Shown here: piece after piece, positions 1 through 13,039 of the stretch
How positions within the stretch are numbered: the first letter of the stretch is position 1
Layout: every line of letters begins with the position of its first letter
From: Squalus acanthias
Lineage: Eukaryota
Assembly (NCBI GenBank): GCA_030390025.1
Contig: CM059432.1
Location: 94,924,001 to 94,988,000, forward strand
Direction of reading: 5' to 3'
Length of the DNA: 64,000 bases
Made by a program: the position numbers and the translations under genes
Notes under the pieces: model-generated
Told to the model about the DNA's origin: nothing
The model's input: the letters and a program-made list of their open reading frames with translations, nothing else
The model's database searches: none

Positions 1-242
1 CAGGTTATTGTGGAAAAACAAGTACAACCCTTTGATATTTTCATACAATAGACCATAGAAACCTAAATCGGTATTTATTCATAGAGATTACTTCTCTATG
101 AATTTACTGAATATTTAATTTTCTTCAAATTTTAAAAGGATCAACTTGTGCTGTGGTCGAGTTCCAAGTATGTTTGTGGCGCTATATACAACACCCTCAG
201 TCCATTCTTCATGAGCATGAAGCAATGAATGTCATTATTTTG

Positions 243-443
243 TGAGAAGTCGCACAACACCAGGTTATAGTCCAACAGCTTTATTTGAAATCACAAGCTT
301 TCGGAGCGCTGCTCCTTTGTCACCTGACGAAGGAGCAGCGCTCCGAAAGCTTGTGATTTCAAATAAAGCTGTTGGACTATAACCTGGTGTTGTGCGACTT
401 CTCACATTTGTCCACCCCAGTCCAACACCGGCATCTCCACATC
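243..443. mobile_element. Penelope-type fold-back (inverted pseudo-LTR) non-autonomous insertion
   Basis: 241-406 is a near-perfect palindrome with one T.G mismatch and a 2-nt centre. Direct repeat ATGTCATTATTTTG at 229-242 and 444-457 (TSD). Hammerhead core at the apex. Confidence 0.8.
320..356 (+). ncRNA. Minimal type I hammerhead ribozyme motif (variant B)
   Basis: TCAC-CTGACGA-A-GGAGC-agc-GCTCC-GAAA-GC-TT-GTGA. Stem I TCAC/GTGA, stem II GGAGC/GCTCC, palindromic AGCT stem III. Confidence 0.65.
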
Positions 444-524
444 ATGTCATTATTTTGACATTGGTTTAGCTTTGGTGATTAGGAGACTGTCTTCTCCTAT
501 TGTGTATGTATGTGCAATCATCAC

Positions 525-935
525 AACATAAGAAATAGGAGCAGGAGTCGGCCATATGGTCTATCTAGTCAGCTCTGCCATTCAGTAAGATCATGGCTGA
601 ACTTCTACATCAACTCCACTTTCCCGGCCTATCTTTAATGCCCAAAAATCTATTCATCTTAGCCTTGAATATACTCATCGACTGAGCATGCACAGCACTC
701 TGGGGTAGAAAATTCCAAAGATTCAAAACCCTCTGAGTGAAGAAATTTCTCCTCATCTCAGTCCTAAATGGCCAACCCCTTATCCGGAGACTATGACCCC
801 TAGTTCTAGACTGTCCAGCCAGGGGAAATGGCCTCTCTGCATCTACCCTGTCAAGCCCTCTCAGAATTTTATGTTTCAATGAGATCACCTCTCATTCTTC
901 TGAAGTCCAGAGAATATAGGCCCATTCTACTCCAT
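525..935 (-). mobile_element. CR1-type LINE 3' fragment
   Basis: ORF 610-888(-) has the C-terminal motif RTEMRRNFFTQRVLNLWNFLP; typical 3' tail. Confidence 0.88.
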
Positions 936-1810
936 GATGGGCCCAGATTTTCCTGCTGGGGCAAGATCGGCGACATACCCTGTAAATTTAACCATCCAGC
1001 ACGCTGATCTTGCTATCTTAAGTTCCTCCATGTTTTCTTGCATTTCTAATTCGAATATACCATAGTGAGGATGGCGGTGAATCAAAAGTGGTGCGGTCAT
1101 TGTTCGCAGCAATTCGACAAATATGTGAACAGGGTGGCAATATAAAGTCTTAAAACCGGCTTTTATGCGAAGCCGAAGTATGGCATTCACCAAAAGCGCT
1201 CCTCCCACCAGGCCAATCTCACCTCGGTGGAATCGGTTGGCCTGTTTCTGTTTAGACCATGTTATTAAAGTGTCATGAATTTGAGTACGGAGAGCCTGTT
1301 CTCTAGCCTAATGATTAATTGTGCAAGCAATTTTTTAAAATCAGTATCGACGATAAATGCCGTTGCTGCCATTATTTTAAGTCTAACTGTCGAGAATCCA
1401 GCAAAATTGCGATCACCATTGTTTTCAATGGGGAGGTGGGGTTATGAAAATTAGCTTCCAACTATTTTTGGCAAGGAGCAACTGTGAAGTGGCACAAAAG
1501 ACCATGGAAAGTATGGAGCGCCAAAAGGGCGGTAACTTACTCTAATTTACTCTTTCTTTTGTACTGTTCAAGGGTCCAGACGACACAGGATGCATCATTT
1601 TAATGGCAATATTCCCCAGGAAAATCTGGGCTGTAGTTTGCTGTATACAGTAGTTACTGGGAGAATGTCTCCTGACCAGTTTTTCTTCTCCCTAGCCCAG
1701 GAACACTGGCTTGTTGCACTACACCCACTGCTTCCTCCATCATTTGTTATTTTGTTTGCACTTAATAAATATAATTGGAATGAAAACAAAAATATCAGAT
1801 TAAAGTGTCA

Positions 1811-3020
1811 ATTTGGCTCAGTTGGTAGCTTTCTCATCTGAGAAGGTTGTAGGTTGAAGACTTACTCCAGGACTAGAGAACATAACATTCGCGCCACACA
1901 AGTGCCAAGCAATGACATCTCCAACAAGCGAGCGTCTAACCACCACCCCTTGACATTCAATGGCATTACCATCACCGAATCCCCCACTATCAATATCGGG
2001 GCGGGGGCGTGGGGGTGTCACCATTGACCAGAAACTTAACTGAACCAGCTACATAAATACTGTGGCAACAAGAGCAGGTCAGAGGCTGGGTATTCTGCGG
2101 TGAGTGTCTCACCTCCTGAATCCCCAAAGCCTTTCCACCATCTACAAGGCACAAGTCAGGAGTGTGATGGAATACTCTCCACTTGCCTGGATGAGTGCAA
2201 CTCTAACAGCATTCAAGAAGCTCGACACCATCCAAGACAAAGCAGCCCACTTGATTGGCACCCCATCCACCACCTTAAACATTCACTCCCTCCACCACCG
2301 GCGTACCATGGCTGCAGTGTGTACCATCTACAAGATGCACTGCAGCAACTCGCCAAGGCTTCTTCGGCTGCACTTCACAAACCCGCGACCTCTAACACCT
2401 AGAAGAACAAGGGCAGCAGGCGCATGGGAACACCACCACCTCCAAGTTCCCCTTCAAGTCACACACCATCCTGACTTGGAAGTATATCGCCGATCCTTCA
2501 TCGTCGCTGGGTCAAAGTCCTGGAGCTCCCTACCTAACAGCACTGTGGGAGTACCTTCACCACACGGACTGCAGTGGTTCAAGAAGGCGGCTCACCACCA
2601 CCTTCTCGAGGGCAACAAGAATGGGCAATAAATGCTGGCCTTGCCAGCGACGCCCACATCCCATAAACTAATATATAAAAAAAACAAGTTGATAATTCAG
2701 TGCAGTACAGAGTGAAGGCTGGATTGTCGAGAGTACTGTCTTCCAGATGAGACATTAAAGCAAGCTCGCATCTGCCTGTTTAAGTGGATGTAAAAGATCC
2801 CATGGTACTATTCGAAGAAGAGCCAGAAGTTCTTCCTCAATCAACACCACCAGAAACCAGTTTAACTGATTCATCTCATTTGCTGTTTGTGGAACCTTGC
2901 TGTGTGCACTTCGGTTGTCTCGTTTACCTACATAGGTGATTACACTTGAAACATAAGCTGTGATTTGCTTTAAAACTTCTTGAGGACATGAAAGGTGCTA
3001 TATAAGTGCAAGTTCTTGCT
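1811..3020 (+). mobile_element. DeuSINE (SacSINE1-like) split by a nested LINE
   Basis: tRNA-like head tggctcagttggtagc at 1814-1880. The body resumes near 2690 (agatgagacattaaa..gtaaaagatcccatgg..gaagaagag) and ends with the L2-like tail aaaggtgctatataagtgcaag. Confidence 0.72.
1884..2684 (+). mobile_element. Non-LTR retrotransposon 3' fragment (second LINE family, CR1/Jockey-like RT C-terminus)
   Basis: ORF 2104-2631 YKAQVRSVMEYSPLAWM..SFIVAGSKSWSSLP; AATAAA and A-rich tail at 2627-2684. Confidence 0.85.
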
Positions 3021-3479
3021 TTTGTTTCCAGCATTTGATCTTGAATTACATTTTTCTTGTGAGTTGAAGTTACCTTACTAAAGAAGCACTGTAATAATCA
3101 GAAGGACAGTTTCAGTTATGGGTTGCAAGCACCCAACTTTTATAAATTAAAAAGGCACTTCAAAGTTTTACTGATTTAACTGCATAAATAAATCAAGAGA
3201 TATAATCTTGAAGTAAAATCAACAACCTGTATTTCTATACTGGTCTTTGCTTCGACATCTAGGGTGATGAGCAAAGGGTGTACGCTGAGCAGAAGTGATA
3301 AAAGGAAGAGAGAGCTAATGCTGCAAAAGCAAGGTGAAAAGAGCTTTTGGAGGCTTTTAAAGTGAGAAGGGCATTGGCGCTAATGGAATAGATGGAGCGG
3401 GGAGCGAAGAGTAAGTTGGTGTTGAAGGAGCAGACAGCTCGCATGGGGGAAGTTTGGCTGATCGGATTTAGGCGTGAGC

Positions 3480-3892
3480 CTGGCACTCTTGCCTCTGAGT
3501 CAGAAGGTTGTGGGCTCAAGTCCCGCTCCAGATACTTGAGCAAATCTTAGATGACACTTCAGCACAATACTGCACTGTCGGAGGTGCCGTCTTTCGGATG
3601 AGATGTTAAACCAAGACCCGTCTACCCTCTCGGGTGGACGTTAAAGATCCCATGGCACTATTTGAAGAAGAGCAGGGGAATTCTTCCCCGTGTCCTGGCC
3701 AATATTTATTTCTTGACCGACATCACTAAAACAGATTATCTGGTCATTACCTCATTGCTGTTTATGGGACCTTGCTGTGTACAAATTGGTTGCTACATTT
3801 CCTACATTACAACAGTGACAATACTTCAAAAAAAAAAGTACTTAAATTAATTGTAAAGTGCTTTGGAGCATTGAGATCTTGAAAGGTGCTTC
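3480..3892 (+). mobile_element. DeuSINE (SacSINE1-like), near full length
   Basis: B-box-like gggctcaagtccc, Deu-like core (ctttcggatgagatgttaaacc..ttaaagatcccatggcactatttgaagaagagcagggg), L2-like tail. Confidence 0.8.
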
Positions 3893-4114
3893 TTTCAGGG
3901 TCAAGTTATTAAAAATGTAACCTAAGCTAACAGCTGAATTTGTGCAACTTAAGTCAGTACAGTTAGGAATGACAGCAGTTGCAATTCGTAAGATGATCAG
4001 TGCTAATAATCCTATCCTAGGGTAAGGCTTTTGTAATTTTTTTACTCTGCAGTTGTTAGGGGTTTGATTCTTGGAAGAGCAAATGAAAAGTGTTGAGGCA
4101 CACTGCATACTTTG

Positions 4115-4161
4115 CATTAATCTTCTAACACCACATTCATTAATCTTCTAACACCACATTC
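4115..4161. repeat. Exact tandem duplication of 23 bp
   Basis: CATTAATCTTCTAACACCACATT x2. Confidence 0.9.
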
Positions 4162-4639
4162 CTCATTCTGCCACAATGTGACTTTCACTGGGCATGTACA
4201 CCCTACATAAGGGTGCCCTGTAAGTCTCTCTCGTAGCATAAACACAAATTGCTGCCTTGTAAAGCAAAAAACTTCAAGTTGCTTTCATTATCCTTTCCCT
4301 GCTGTCTGCTCTCCAAAAATCTGTAAATAGAAGAGATGCTAACGGTTAATCTTGATTTCTCATTTCATACACCCATATAAATGCATACAAAATAAATGGT
4401 AACTTGTGACTTCATGGTGTTCAGATTTCTCAAACATAAAAGTATGATTAGGCAAACATTCTTTAAAAGTATGCAATTACAACACAGAAACCGGCCATTT
4501 GACCCAATCAATCTGCATTGGTGCTTCTCCTCTACACAAGCAAAATAATTTGATAAATGTGGATACGAATGATTTCAACTGAAAGCTTCTGAAATGCAAC
4601 ACCTGCTTGTGATTTATGGTCTCATCCATTTGTAGTGTG

Positions 4640-6035
4640 AAAAAGCAACACTTGAAAAAAATGAGAATCTTTACCTCCAAACCTGGCTCCTGATACAATC
4701 CCTCTTCCTGGCTGCCTGCTCAAACTCAGTCCAACTGCAGGCAGTTTTGCTTTCATGCGCGACCCTGAGCTGTGCTTCAAACTCCACATTTGTTTCATCA
4801 CCAAGACTGGCTATTCTGAAACGCCATCCGTGTCCATATATACATATCAACCCCACTGCCACTGAAACCCTCATCCACTATTTTGTCGCCATTAGACTCT
4901 ACCTTTTGATCGCCTGTGCTCCACCTTACATAAACTCCAACTCGTCCAGAACTGTGCTGTCCACATCCGATCCCACACAAAATCCCACCTGCCTATTGCT
5001 GTAACCCTTGCCGACATACATTGGCTCCCTGTCCCTCAGCAAATTGTTTTCATATTCCTCTCCTTGTCTTCAAATCTCTCCACTATCTCGTCCCTTTTCC
5101 TGCATGGTCCACTTCAGTGGGACTGGCCTGTGTGATTTCACTCATAATTATCCCAAAGCATCTGGTGCAACCAAGTTCCCACACTTCCCTCGAGTTCTTC
5201 AAGGTTCCATCCATGAACCCCCCTGCCCCCATCTGCATGCTGCTCCATGGTATCATCTGTAGATACAGGGTCAGCTTGCATATGTATGCTGATGACAGAC
5301 CGCTTTACCCCTCTATCAGTGCTCCTCATCACCATTTCAGTTCTGTCAGATTGCCTGTCTGAAATTATGATGAATGAGACAGAATTTCTTTCAATTGAAC
5401 AGCTGGAAGACTAAAACTATAGGTTTTTCCCCTCAACAAAAATTCGACATCTTTGCCATCAACTCCTTGCTTCTCCCTGCCTGCTCACATTACAAACTTC
5501 TGCCCCAACTTATCCCCACTGTCACCAAAATTCTTATACATGCCTTCACTGCCTCCAGACCCAGTTTCACCAATGCTGTTCCTTGCTGACTCCATAAACT
5601 CCTTACTGTCCAAAACTCCACTGCACATATCCTGTCCTGTACCAAGTTCCACTCTGCGTTACTTCTGTACTTATTGACCTATGTTGACTCCCTGTTGCTC
5701 AATGGGTTAATTTTAAAAATCTTGTCCTTGTCTACAAATCCTTACTTGGATCTGCCTACTCTACCTCTGCAACCAACTCCACATCCTCTGGTCCTCTGAC
5801 TCTACCTCCTATGCATCTCACCCCTCCTGCTCCACCTTTGGTGGCAGAGGCTTCAGCTGCCTCAACCCCACTCTTTGGAACTTCCTCTGTAACCCTCTCT
5901 ACTTCTGTCTCCACCATTAAAAGTCGTCTTTAAAAAAAACACATCTTTTTCACTGAGATTTACAGTCACCTCTCCTAACCTTCATGCAAACATTCAGTGC
6001 CTGCTCCTTTACTTATTTGTGAAGTGCCTGGGAAC
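4640..6035 (+). mobile_element. Degenerate L2 LINE fragments
   Basis: ATETLIHYFVAIRL, HMYADD and MRQNFFQLN..KTKTI motifs; L2-like 3' end gtgaagtgcctggga. Confidence 0.75.
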
Positions 6036-7449
6036 TTGTTGTTTTTGTGTACGGTTTCTAAAATTATGGAAGGGAGCATACCGTAATCCCACAAATTAAT
6101 TTATGCCCTTAACATTCAGATAATACCTATTATTTCTCGAAGTTATCTGTATTTCTGAATTAGCTTCTATGTTTGACATAACACAATGTGTTTGTACTAT
6201 TGGATTGCAAAGTAGAACTTGCTTTGTTTTATAATTTTTCCACCATATCAGGTTCATGACTGATTAAATCTAGCCAACTAACCTGAAATGGAATTGCAGA
6301 TATGAATTTTAATTTGTTTGTGAACAAGAACCAAAATTTAACAAAATGAGAGGGAGTGTTAATGTGATCTATTGGAAATATTACTCCAAGAAATGAAACT
6401 CTTATTATTGCATTTTTAAAATAAGATCTACTTTGTTGCAATGTGTGATGGGAGCTAGCTATTATTTTTACCATCACTTGTAGCATGGAGAAATGTCAAA
6501 CTTTCTGTTTAACTATGTGGTAAATCTTCACTGGTCAATAGACAAGCTTGCTGTTTAAAGGGCGAAGGAATAACATTAACCATTTTGAAATAGTGATGCA
6601 GTTATACTGCTGATTTGCAACACTTGGACCGTGTGCACTTTAATGAACTTGTACAGAATTGTTTAAACTGTTTTGTGAAAGCGAGTGCCTTGCGGTCATA
6701 ACATTTAAATTTGTAATGCCAGGAGTAGAACTCTGTGTATACATGTAAGAACACGTGTCGTGAGTTCTCTGGGCTAGGAGAAATTGATTGAGAGCCATGC
6801 ACAAAAAAAACAAGGCACTGCCTGGCTAGAACTGCTAGTCTTGGAGCATTAGCTACATTATAAGTTACTAAGAACTTTATTTTATAATTTTCTCAAAGTA
6901 CTGGGTTACACATCATTTTAAATAAAAATGCAATGGAGGAATGTTTACTAAAAAAAAAGTATGTTCTCAATTTTAAAATTTTTACTCTGGAAAAACTGTA
7001 CATCCTTAACTTTTTCAGCATTTTCGTTTTGAAGCAAGGTGAAGGATTCCATGATGGTTATGGAGAAAATGCTGTTACATATTGGGTGCTTATCAGTAAC
7101 TTGAAGGCAGCCAATAATCTATGGGATTCAGATTTTGGGTATGTTGTGTGCAAGGTTGGGCAGTGATGGCCAACGTTGGGCAACACCCATCATTATGCTT
7201 GACTGAAATCCTGATCACCCTGCGATATGCTACTGCTTTTTGTAGCTTCAGTGGCAGTTCATATGGCCTTGATTTTGATTGTGCCAGTTCTTGAATTGTT
7301 GTTGCCAGCACTGTTGCCCATGCATGAAGTCTTGAATCAAACCTCAGGGGGAATGTCAGTTGGCTTTCTTGAAGTGTTTTAAAGTTTTTTTTAAAAAAAA
7401 AAGCTAGATTGCCTTTTTTAGTATTTTGGGTGAGCAGGACTTAGTGCAG

Positions 7450-8290
7450 TATAAGATGACTTAGATGAGGGAACCGAGTGTAATGTATCCAAGTTTGCTG
7501 ACGATACAAAGCTAGGTGGGAAAGTAAGCTATGAGGAGGACACAGGCTGCAAAAGGATATAGACAGGTTAAGTGAGTGGACAAGAACATGGCAGATGGAA
7601 TACAATGTGGAGAAATGTGAAGTTATCCACTTTGGTAGCAAAAATAGAAAAGCAAAATATTTTTTTAAATGGTATGACTGGGAAATGTTGGTATTCAGAG
7701 GGACCTGGGTGTCCTTGTACATGAATCACAAAGTTAAAAGGCAGGTACAGCAAGCAATTAGGAAAGCAAATGGTATGTTAGTCTATATTACAAAACGATT
7801 GGCGTATGAGAGTAAAGAAGTCTTACTACAATTGTACAGGGCTTTGGTGAGACCACACCTGTAGTACTGTGTACAGTTTTGTTCTCCTTACCTAAGGAAG
7901 AATATACTTGCCTTGGAGGGAGTACAACAAAGGTTCACTGGACTGATTGCTGGGATGAGGGGATTGTCCTATGAGGAGAGATTGAGTAGACTAGGCCTGT
8001 ATTCCTGAGAGTTTAGAAGAATGAGAGGTGATCTCATTGAAACATATAAAATTCTTAAGGGCTTGACAGGGTAGATGCTGGATAGATGTTTCCCCTGGCT
8101 GGGGAGTCTAGAACTTCGGGGTCACACTCTCAGACTAAGGGCCGACCATTTAGGACTGAGATGAGAAGAAATTTCTTCACTCAAAGGGTTGTGTATCTTT
8201 GGAATTTTCTACCCCAGTGGGCTGTGGATGCTCAGTCATTGAGTATATTCAAGACAGAGTTCGATAGATTTTTGGATACTAAGGGATAGA
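7450..8290 (+). mobile_element. CR1-type LINE 3' portion
   Basis: KFADDTK, MEYNVEKCEVIHFG, LYRALVRPHL and RNFFTQRVV motifs, with frameshifts. Confidence 0.9.
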
Positions 8291-8609
8291 ATTGGTGGCA
8301 AAGGTATGAAGTTTGTGGTGGGGACAGTACCGTTGGTGTTACCAATGTTTAGTTGGAGGAGACAACAGCTTTGGTCTTACCAGTGTTTAGCTGGAGGAAA
8401 TTGTAGCTCATCCAAGACTGTCTTGGATCACTTTCCTGTGATGCTTGAAAATTTAAATTACATTTGTCTTCTGTTTGGTCTCAGCAGGATGATTATTAAC
8501 TGTCATTTAATTACTGCAGTGCAGCTTGACCAGAGTTCTATTTGTACAGTATATCAGAAAATCAAATGATAAGTATGGCAGTTTAGCTATTGCATTTAGT
8601 TTCAAGTAA

Positions 8610-9048
8610 TGGATAGACTAGAGAAGTTGGGGGGGGGTTCTCCTTGGAGCAGAGAAGGCCAAGAGGACATTTGATAGAGGTGTTTAAAATCATGAAGGAT
8701 TTAGATAAAGTAAATAAAGAGAAACTGTTTCCAATGGCTGAAGGGTCGATAATGAGCGAGCACAGATTTAAGGTGATTGGCAAAAGAACCAGAGGCAACA
8801 TGAGGAAAAAAATTTTTACACAACGAGTGGTTAGGATGTGGAATGCACTGCCTGATAGGGTGGAGGATATAGATTCAATAGTAGCTTTCAAAAGGAAATT
8901 GGATAAATACTTGAAGCAGAAAAAATTTCAGGGATATGGGGAAAGAGCGGGGGAGTGGGACTAACTGGACTGCTCTTCGAAAGAGCCGGCGCAGTCTTGA
9001 TGGGCCAAATGGCCTCCTCCTGTGCTGTACTTTTCTATGATTCTATGA
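8610..9048 (+). mobile_element. CR1-type LINE 3' end (second subfamily)
   Basis: RGHLIEVFKIMK..FTQRVVRMWNALP; tail ttctatgattctatga. Confidence 0.88.
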
Positions 9049-9139
9049 ATAAGAAAAGGAACTTGTATAGCAGTTATAGATGGACATGTTCATAATTTCT
9101 CAATTACATGAAATTGTATTAAGAACATCAAAAAAATGT

Positions 9140-9700
9140 TCTGGTTGGTAGCATTCTCATCTGAGTCAGAAGGTTGTGGGTTCAAACCCCATTTCAGGCT
9201 ATGAGCACACATGCAAACATGGCTGAAATTACATTGTGTTTCTGAGGGAGGGCAGTATTGTCAGATGAGACATCAGACTGAAGCCCTATTTCAGTTTAAG
9301 TAGGAAAAAATGAAAATTTGCATTTATGTCCCTTTTATGTCCTGGATATCCTGTGGTGCTTCATAGCCAATTAATTACATTTGAAGTTTAGGCACTGTTT
9401 TGTAGGCAAATGCAACAACCAGTTTGCTCACAGCAAATCTCACAAACAGCAATGAGAGAAAAATCTGGTTAATCTGTCTTTGGTGGCGATGGAGGGCTAT
9501 ATTTTAGTGAGGGCACTGGAAGAACCCCCTTGCTGCTCTTTGAATAGTGTCATGGGATCCTGAACTGGTAGATGGGGCTTTGGTTTAATGTTTGTTCCAA
9601 CAATGGAGCATCCCCCTCAGTAAGGCACTGAAGTGTCATCCTAGACTATGTGCTCAAGTACTGGAGTAGTACTTGAACCCATGACTTCTGACTCAAACAA
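9140..9700. mobile_element. Two DeuSINE pieces in opposite orientation (about 9140-9300 +, about 9310-9700 -)
   Basis: Similar to the 3480-3892 copy on each strand. Confidence 0.65.
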
Positions 9701-9849
9701 AGTTGACACTGACAGCAAAATATTTGACCATAGCTGTTACATTTCCAATATGCAAAAGAAAGTTCCTAGGTGTGATCAGGTCAAACAAGTATACTTAATA
9801 CTGAGCAACATTTGACACAAACATGACTTCACAGTCAAATATATATTGC

Positions 9850-10150
9850 ATCGTACCAGGCCATTCGGCCCAACAGGTCTATGTTGGTGTTTATGCTCCA
9901 CACGAGCCTCCCCCAACCTTACTTTATCTCACCCTATCAACGTATCCTTCTATTCCTTTCTCGGTCATGTACTTGTCTAACTTCCCCTTAAATGCATCTA
10001 TGCTATTATCCTCAATTACTCCCATGTGGTAACAAATTCCAGATTCTAACCACTCTTTTGAGTTCCTTATTGGATTTATTGATGACCATCTTGTATTTGT
10101 GGCCCCTAGTTTTAGACTCCCCCAAGTGGAAACATCTTCTCTACATATGC
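9850..10150 (-). mobile_element. CR1-type LINE 3' end
   Basis: IDAFKGKLDKYM..GIEGY motif on the minus strand. Confidence 0.8.
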
Positions 10151-10534
10151 ATATTTGAAGAAGGCAGTATATTTCTTTTTCAATTAATGGTAGAAACAAA
10201 GAACAATGGCTATCACTAAGCTGCTACAACAGAATATAGAGATATTTCTTGTTCCAGATTTGATTAATTTAATGTTTTAACCTCCATGAGCGTGCCAAAT
10301 TGATATTTATATTAAAAGATCCCATGGTACTATTTGAGAGCAGGAAATTCTTCCAGTGACCTGGCCAATATTCCTCCCTCAATCAACACCAGCAACATGG
10401 ATTAACTGGTCATTCATTTCATTGCTATTGAGATTTTCCAGTGTGCAAATGGCTGCTGGTGTGTGTGTGTGTGTCTACATAATAAGTTGTTTGCCTATGT
10501 GTAAAAATGCTAGGCTAAAAGCACCGTTACCTCT

Positions 10535-11562
10535 AGAGTCCCCCAAGGATCTGTCCTTGGCCTCTTCCTATTTCTCATCTACATGCTGCCCCTCGGTGAT
10601 ATCATCCAAAAACACGTCCGGTTCGATGACGCCTAGCTTTACCTCACAACCACCTCTCGATCACTCTACTGTCTCTAATTTGACACACTGCTTGTCCGAC
10701 ATCCAGCACTGGATGACCAGAAAGTTCCTCCCACTAAATGTTGGGAAGGCCAAAGCCGTTGTCTTCGGTCCCCGCCACAAACTCTCTTCCCTAGCCACCG
10801 ACTCCATCTTCCTCCCTTGAAACTGTCTGAGGCTGAACCAGACTGTTTGCAACCTTGTTGTATTTGACCCCAAGATGAGCTTCCAACCACACATCCGCTC
10901 CATCACCAAGACTACTTACTTCCACCTTCGTAACATGACCCAACTCAGCCCCTGCCTCAGCTCATCTGCTGCTGAAACCCTCATGCATGTCTTTGTTACC
11001 TCTAGACTTGACACTTCCAATGCTCTGCTGGCTGGCCTCCCATCTTCCACCCTCTATAAATTTGAGCTCATCCAAAACTCTGCTGCCCGTATCCTAACTC
11101 ACACCAAGTCCTGTTCACCCATCACTCTGTGTTTACTGACCTACATTGGCTCCTGGTTCGGCAACACCTCAATTTTAAAATTCTTATCCTTGTTTTCAAA
11201 CCCCTCCCTATCTCTGTAACCTCCTCCATTCCTACAACCCTCCAAGATCTCTGCTCCTTCAATTCTTGCTTCTTGTGCATCCCCAATTATGATCGCTCCT
11301 CCATTGGTGGCCGTGGCTTCAGCTGCCAAGGCCCTCCCTAAACCTCTCCAGGAGGAATTCTCTCCCTAAACCTCTCCGTCTCTCTTTCCTCCTTCAAGAT
11401 GCTCCTTAAAACCTACCTCTTTGACCAAGCTTTTGGTCATTGTTCTGAATATCTCCTTATGTGGTTCAGTGTCAAATTTTGTTTGCTAACGCCCCTGCGA
11501 AGTGCCTTGGGACGTTTTACTATGTTAAGAGTGCTGTGTATACATAAATGCAAGTTGTTGTA
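10535..11562 (+). mobile_element. L2 LINE 3' portion
   Basis: SFQPHIRSITKTTYFHLRN..AETLMHVFVTSRLD..NALLAGLP; tail gaagtgccttgggacgttttactatg..taaatgcaagttgttg. Confidence 0.9.
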
Positions 11563-11601
11563 ATTTCTTACACCCAAAGAGACATTTCTGGCAAACCTAA
11601 T

Positions 11602-12349
11602 GGCCCGTATTTTCCGATGCCTACGGGTGTGTACACGCTGTGTGCAAACCCGTAGGGACATCGGAAATGCCGGTTTCAGGCATGCGAAGCGCATGCGCTG
11701 AAAACCGGCATTTTTGATCTGTCAAGGATCCTCTTGCCAGATCGGACACCTGCCCTGGAGAAGGGCTTCTGCGGGCGGAGAGTACCGCTTTCTGCCGAAC
11801 CTCCGCCCGCTGAAAACACTTAAAAAATCTTATGCCTGGTAAAAGCAGGCGTAAGGCCTGCTTTTACCAGCATAAGAGTTTAAATCATTTTTTTCACTCA
11901 TTTATAATGTAAAAATACTTTTAAAAAAGGTAAATTTATTTTAGCCCTGTAAAAAAAAAAACACTTTTTTTTTCAAAAAATTAAATTTTTGTTCAAAATA
12001 TTTAATTTAATGTAATTTTAACTCATTTTAAAAATGTGATTTAAAAAAAAATTTATTTAATGTTTTGATGTGTTTTTAGAGTGATCTCCATTCATACTTC
12101 TGACAGGTCTATCTGTCAAAAGTACGAAGGGAGATTCCCTTCTCCTATTGGCTCGCCTGGCCCACGTGATCCCAGGGATGCTTGCGAACCACATGCGCCC
12201 CTGGGATACGTGGGCCCTGCGCATTTCGACTGTGGATAGGCCCAGGAGTGGAAGTGTCTGGACCTCGGGAGCCCTCAGGTAAGAGCGTAGATTTTTTTCC
12301 GATAGGAGGCATCTGCACGCAGGAAGCCTCCTATCGGAAATTACGGGCC
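11602..12349 (+). mobile_element. Non-autonomous DNA transposon (MITE), probable PIF/Harbinger group
   Basis: 17-bp TIRs GGCCCGTATTTTCCGAT / ATCGGAAATTACGGGCC (1 mismatch). Flanks AAT/AAG. Several internal hairpins and an AT-rich core. Confidence 0.8.
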
Positions 12350-13039
12350 AAGGTGATCTATAAATGCCTTCCTTGCTTTCTTTTTCTCCCTTTCTATTGG
12401 ATTACACTAATGTTCTTTTGCCCATTAGTTTGAAACTAAATTTAATAACCTTTGTACTGCCTGCTCCATCTAAAGATTTCATGTTTAATTTGTGTTTGCA
12501 AAAACTTTTTGTGATATACTATACACGAGTAGGAAGTGTTGGAAAACTTCCTATTTTAACACAAAATAGTTCTTGAATTTGCCTTTTTGTATTATAATTG
12601 TTCATATGTGGCATGCAGGGTCCATTGAATGCAACTCAAGAAAAGTTTGGACACACTAGCTCTGTTTGTTTGGTTCCAAGATTCACCAATGCACCTCTGA
12701 GCCAGTGAACAAGTGCATCCCTGAAGCAATACTCCCTGTAACCTAACTTTTTGTTTGACCAACCAGGTATCTGGCATACACAGAAACCCATGTTCTTTGC
12801 ACAATATGGATTGTGTACTTTCTCTATAGATGCACACCCAAGTCCAGAGGGCTTGGGCTTCATGTCAACACGAGCCAACGTTTAGGATCGAAGAATGCAG
12901 AAAGGAGTAATGCTAAGGTTTAATGAGCTAAAGCCCCAGTTTATCAGCACTTATTAAACTTTTTACTGCTTGCCAATTCTAATGGACCTACATGGAGAGC
13001 TTATGACATGCCAGCCATCTCGATGTTCCGGATGTCCAT

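Noticed and set aside
939..1540. GGCCCAGATTTTCC start identical to the TIR of the 34353-35063 MITE, with CpG-rich sequence after it
   Set aside because: Probably a related element, but I could not define a right end or TSD, so it is not listed as a feature.
7161..7313. Possible hAT MITE with CAGTG..CACTG ends
   Set aside because: TIRs are imperfect and there is no 8-bp TSD.
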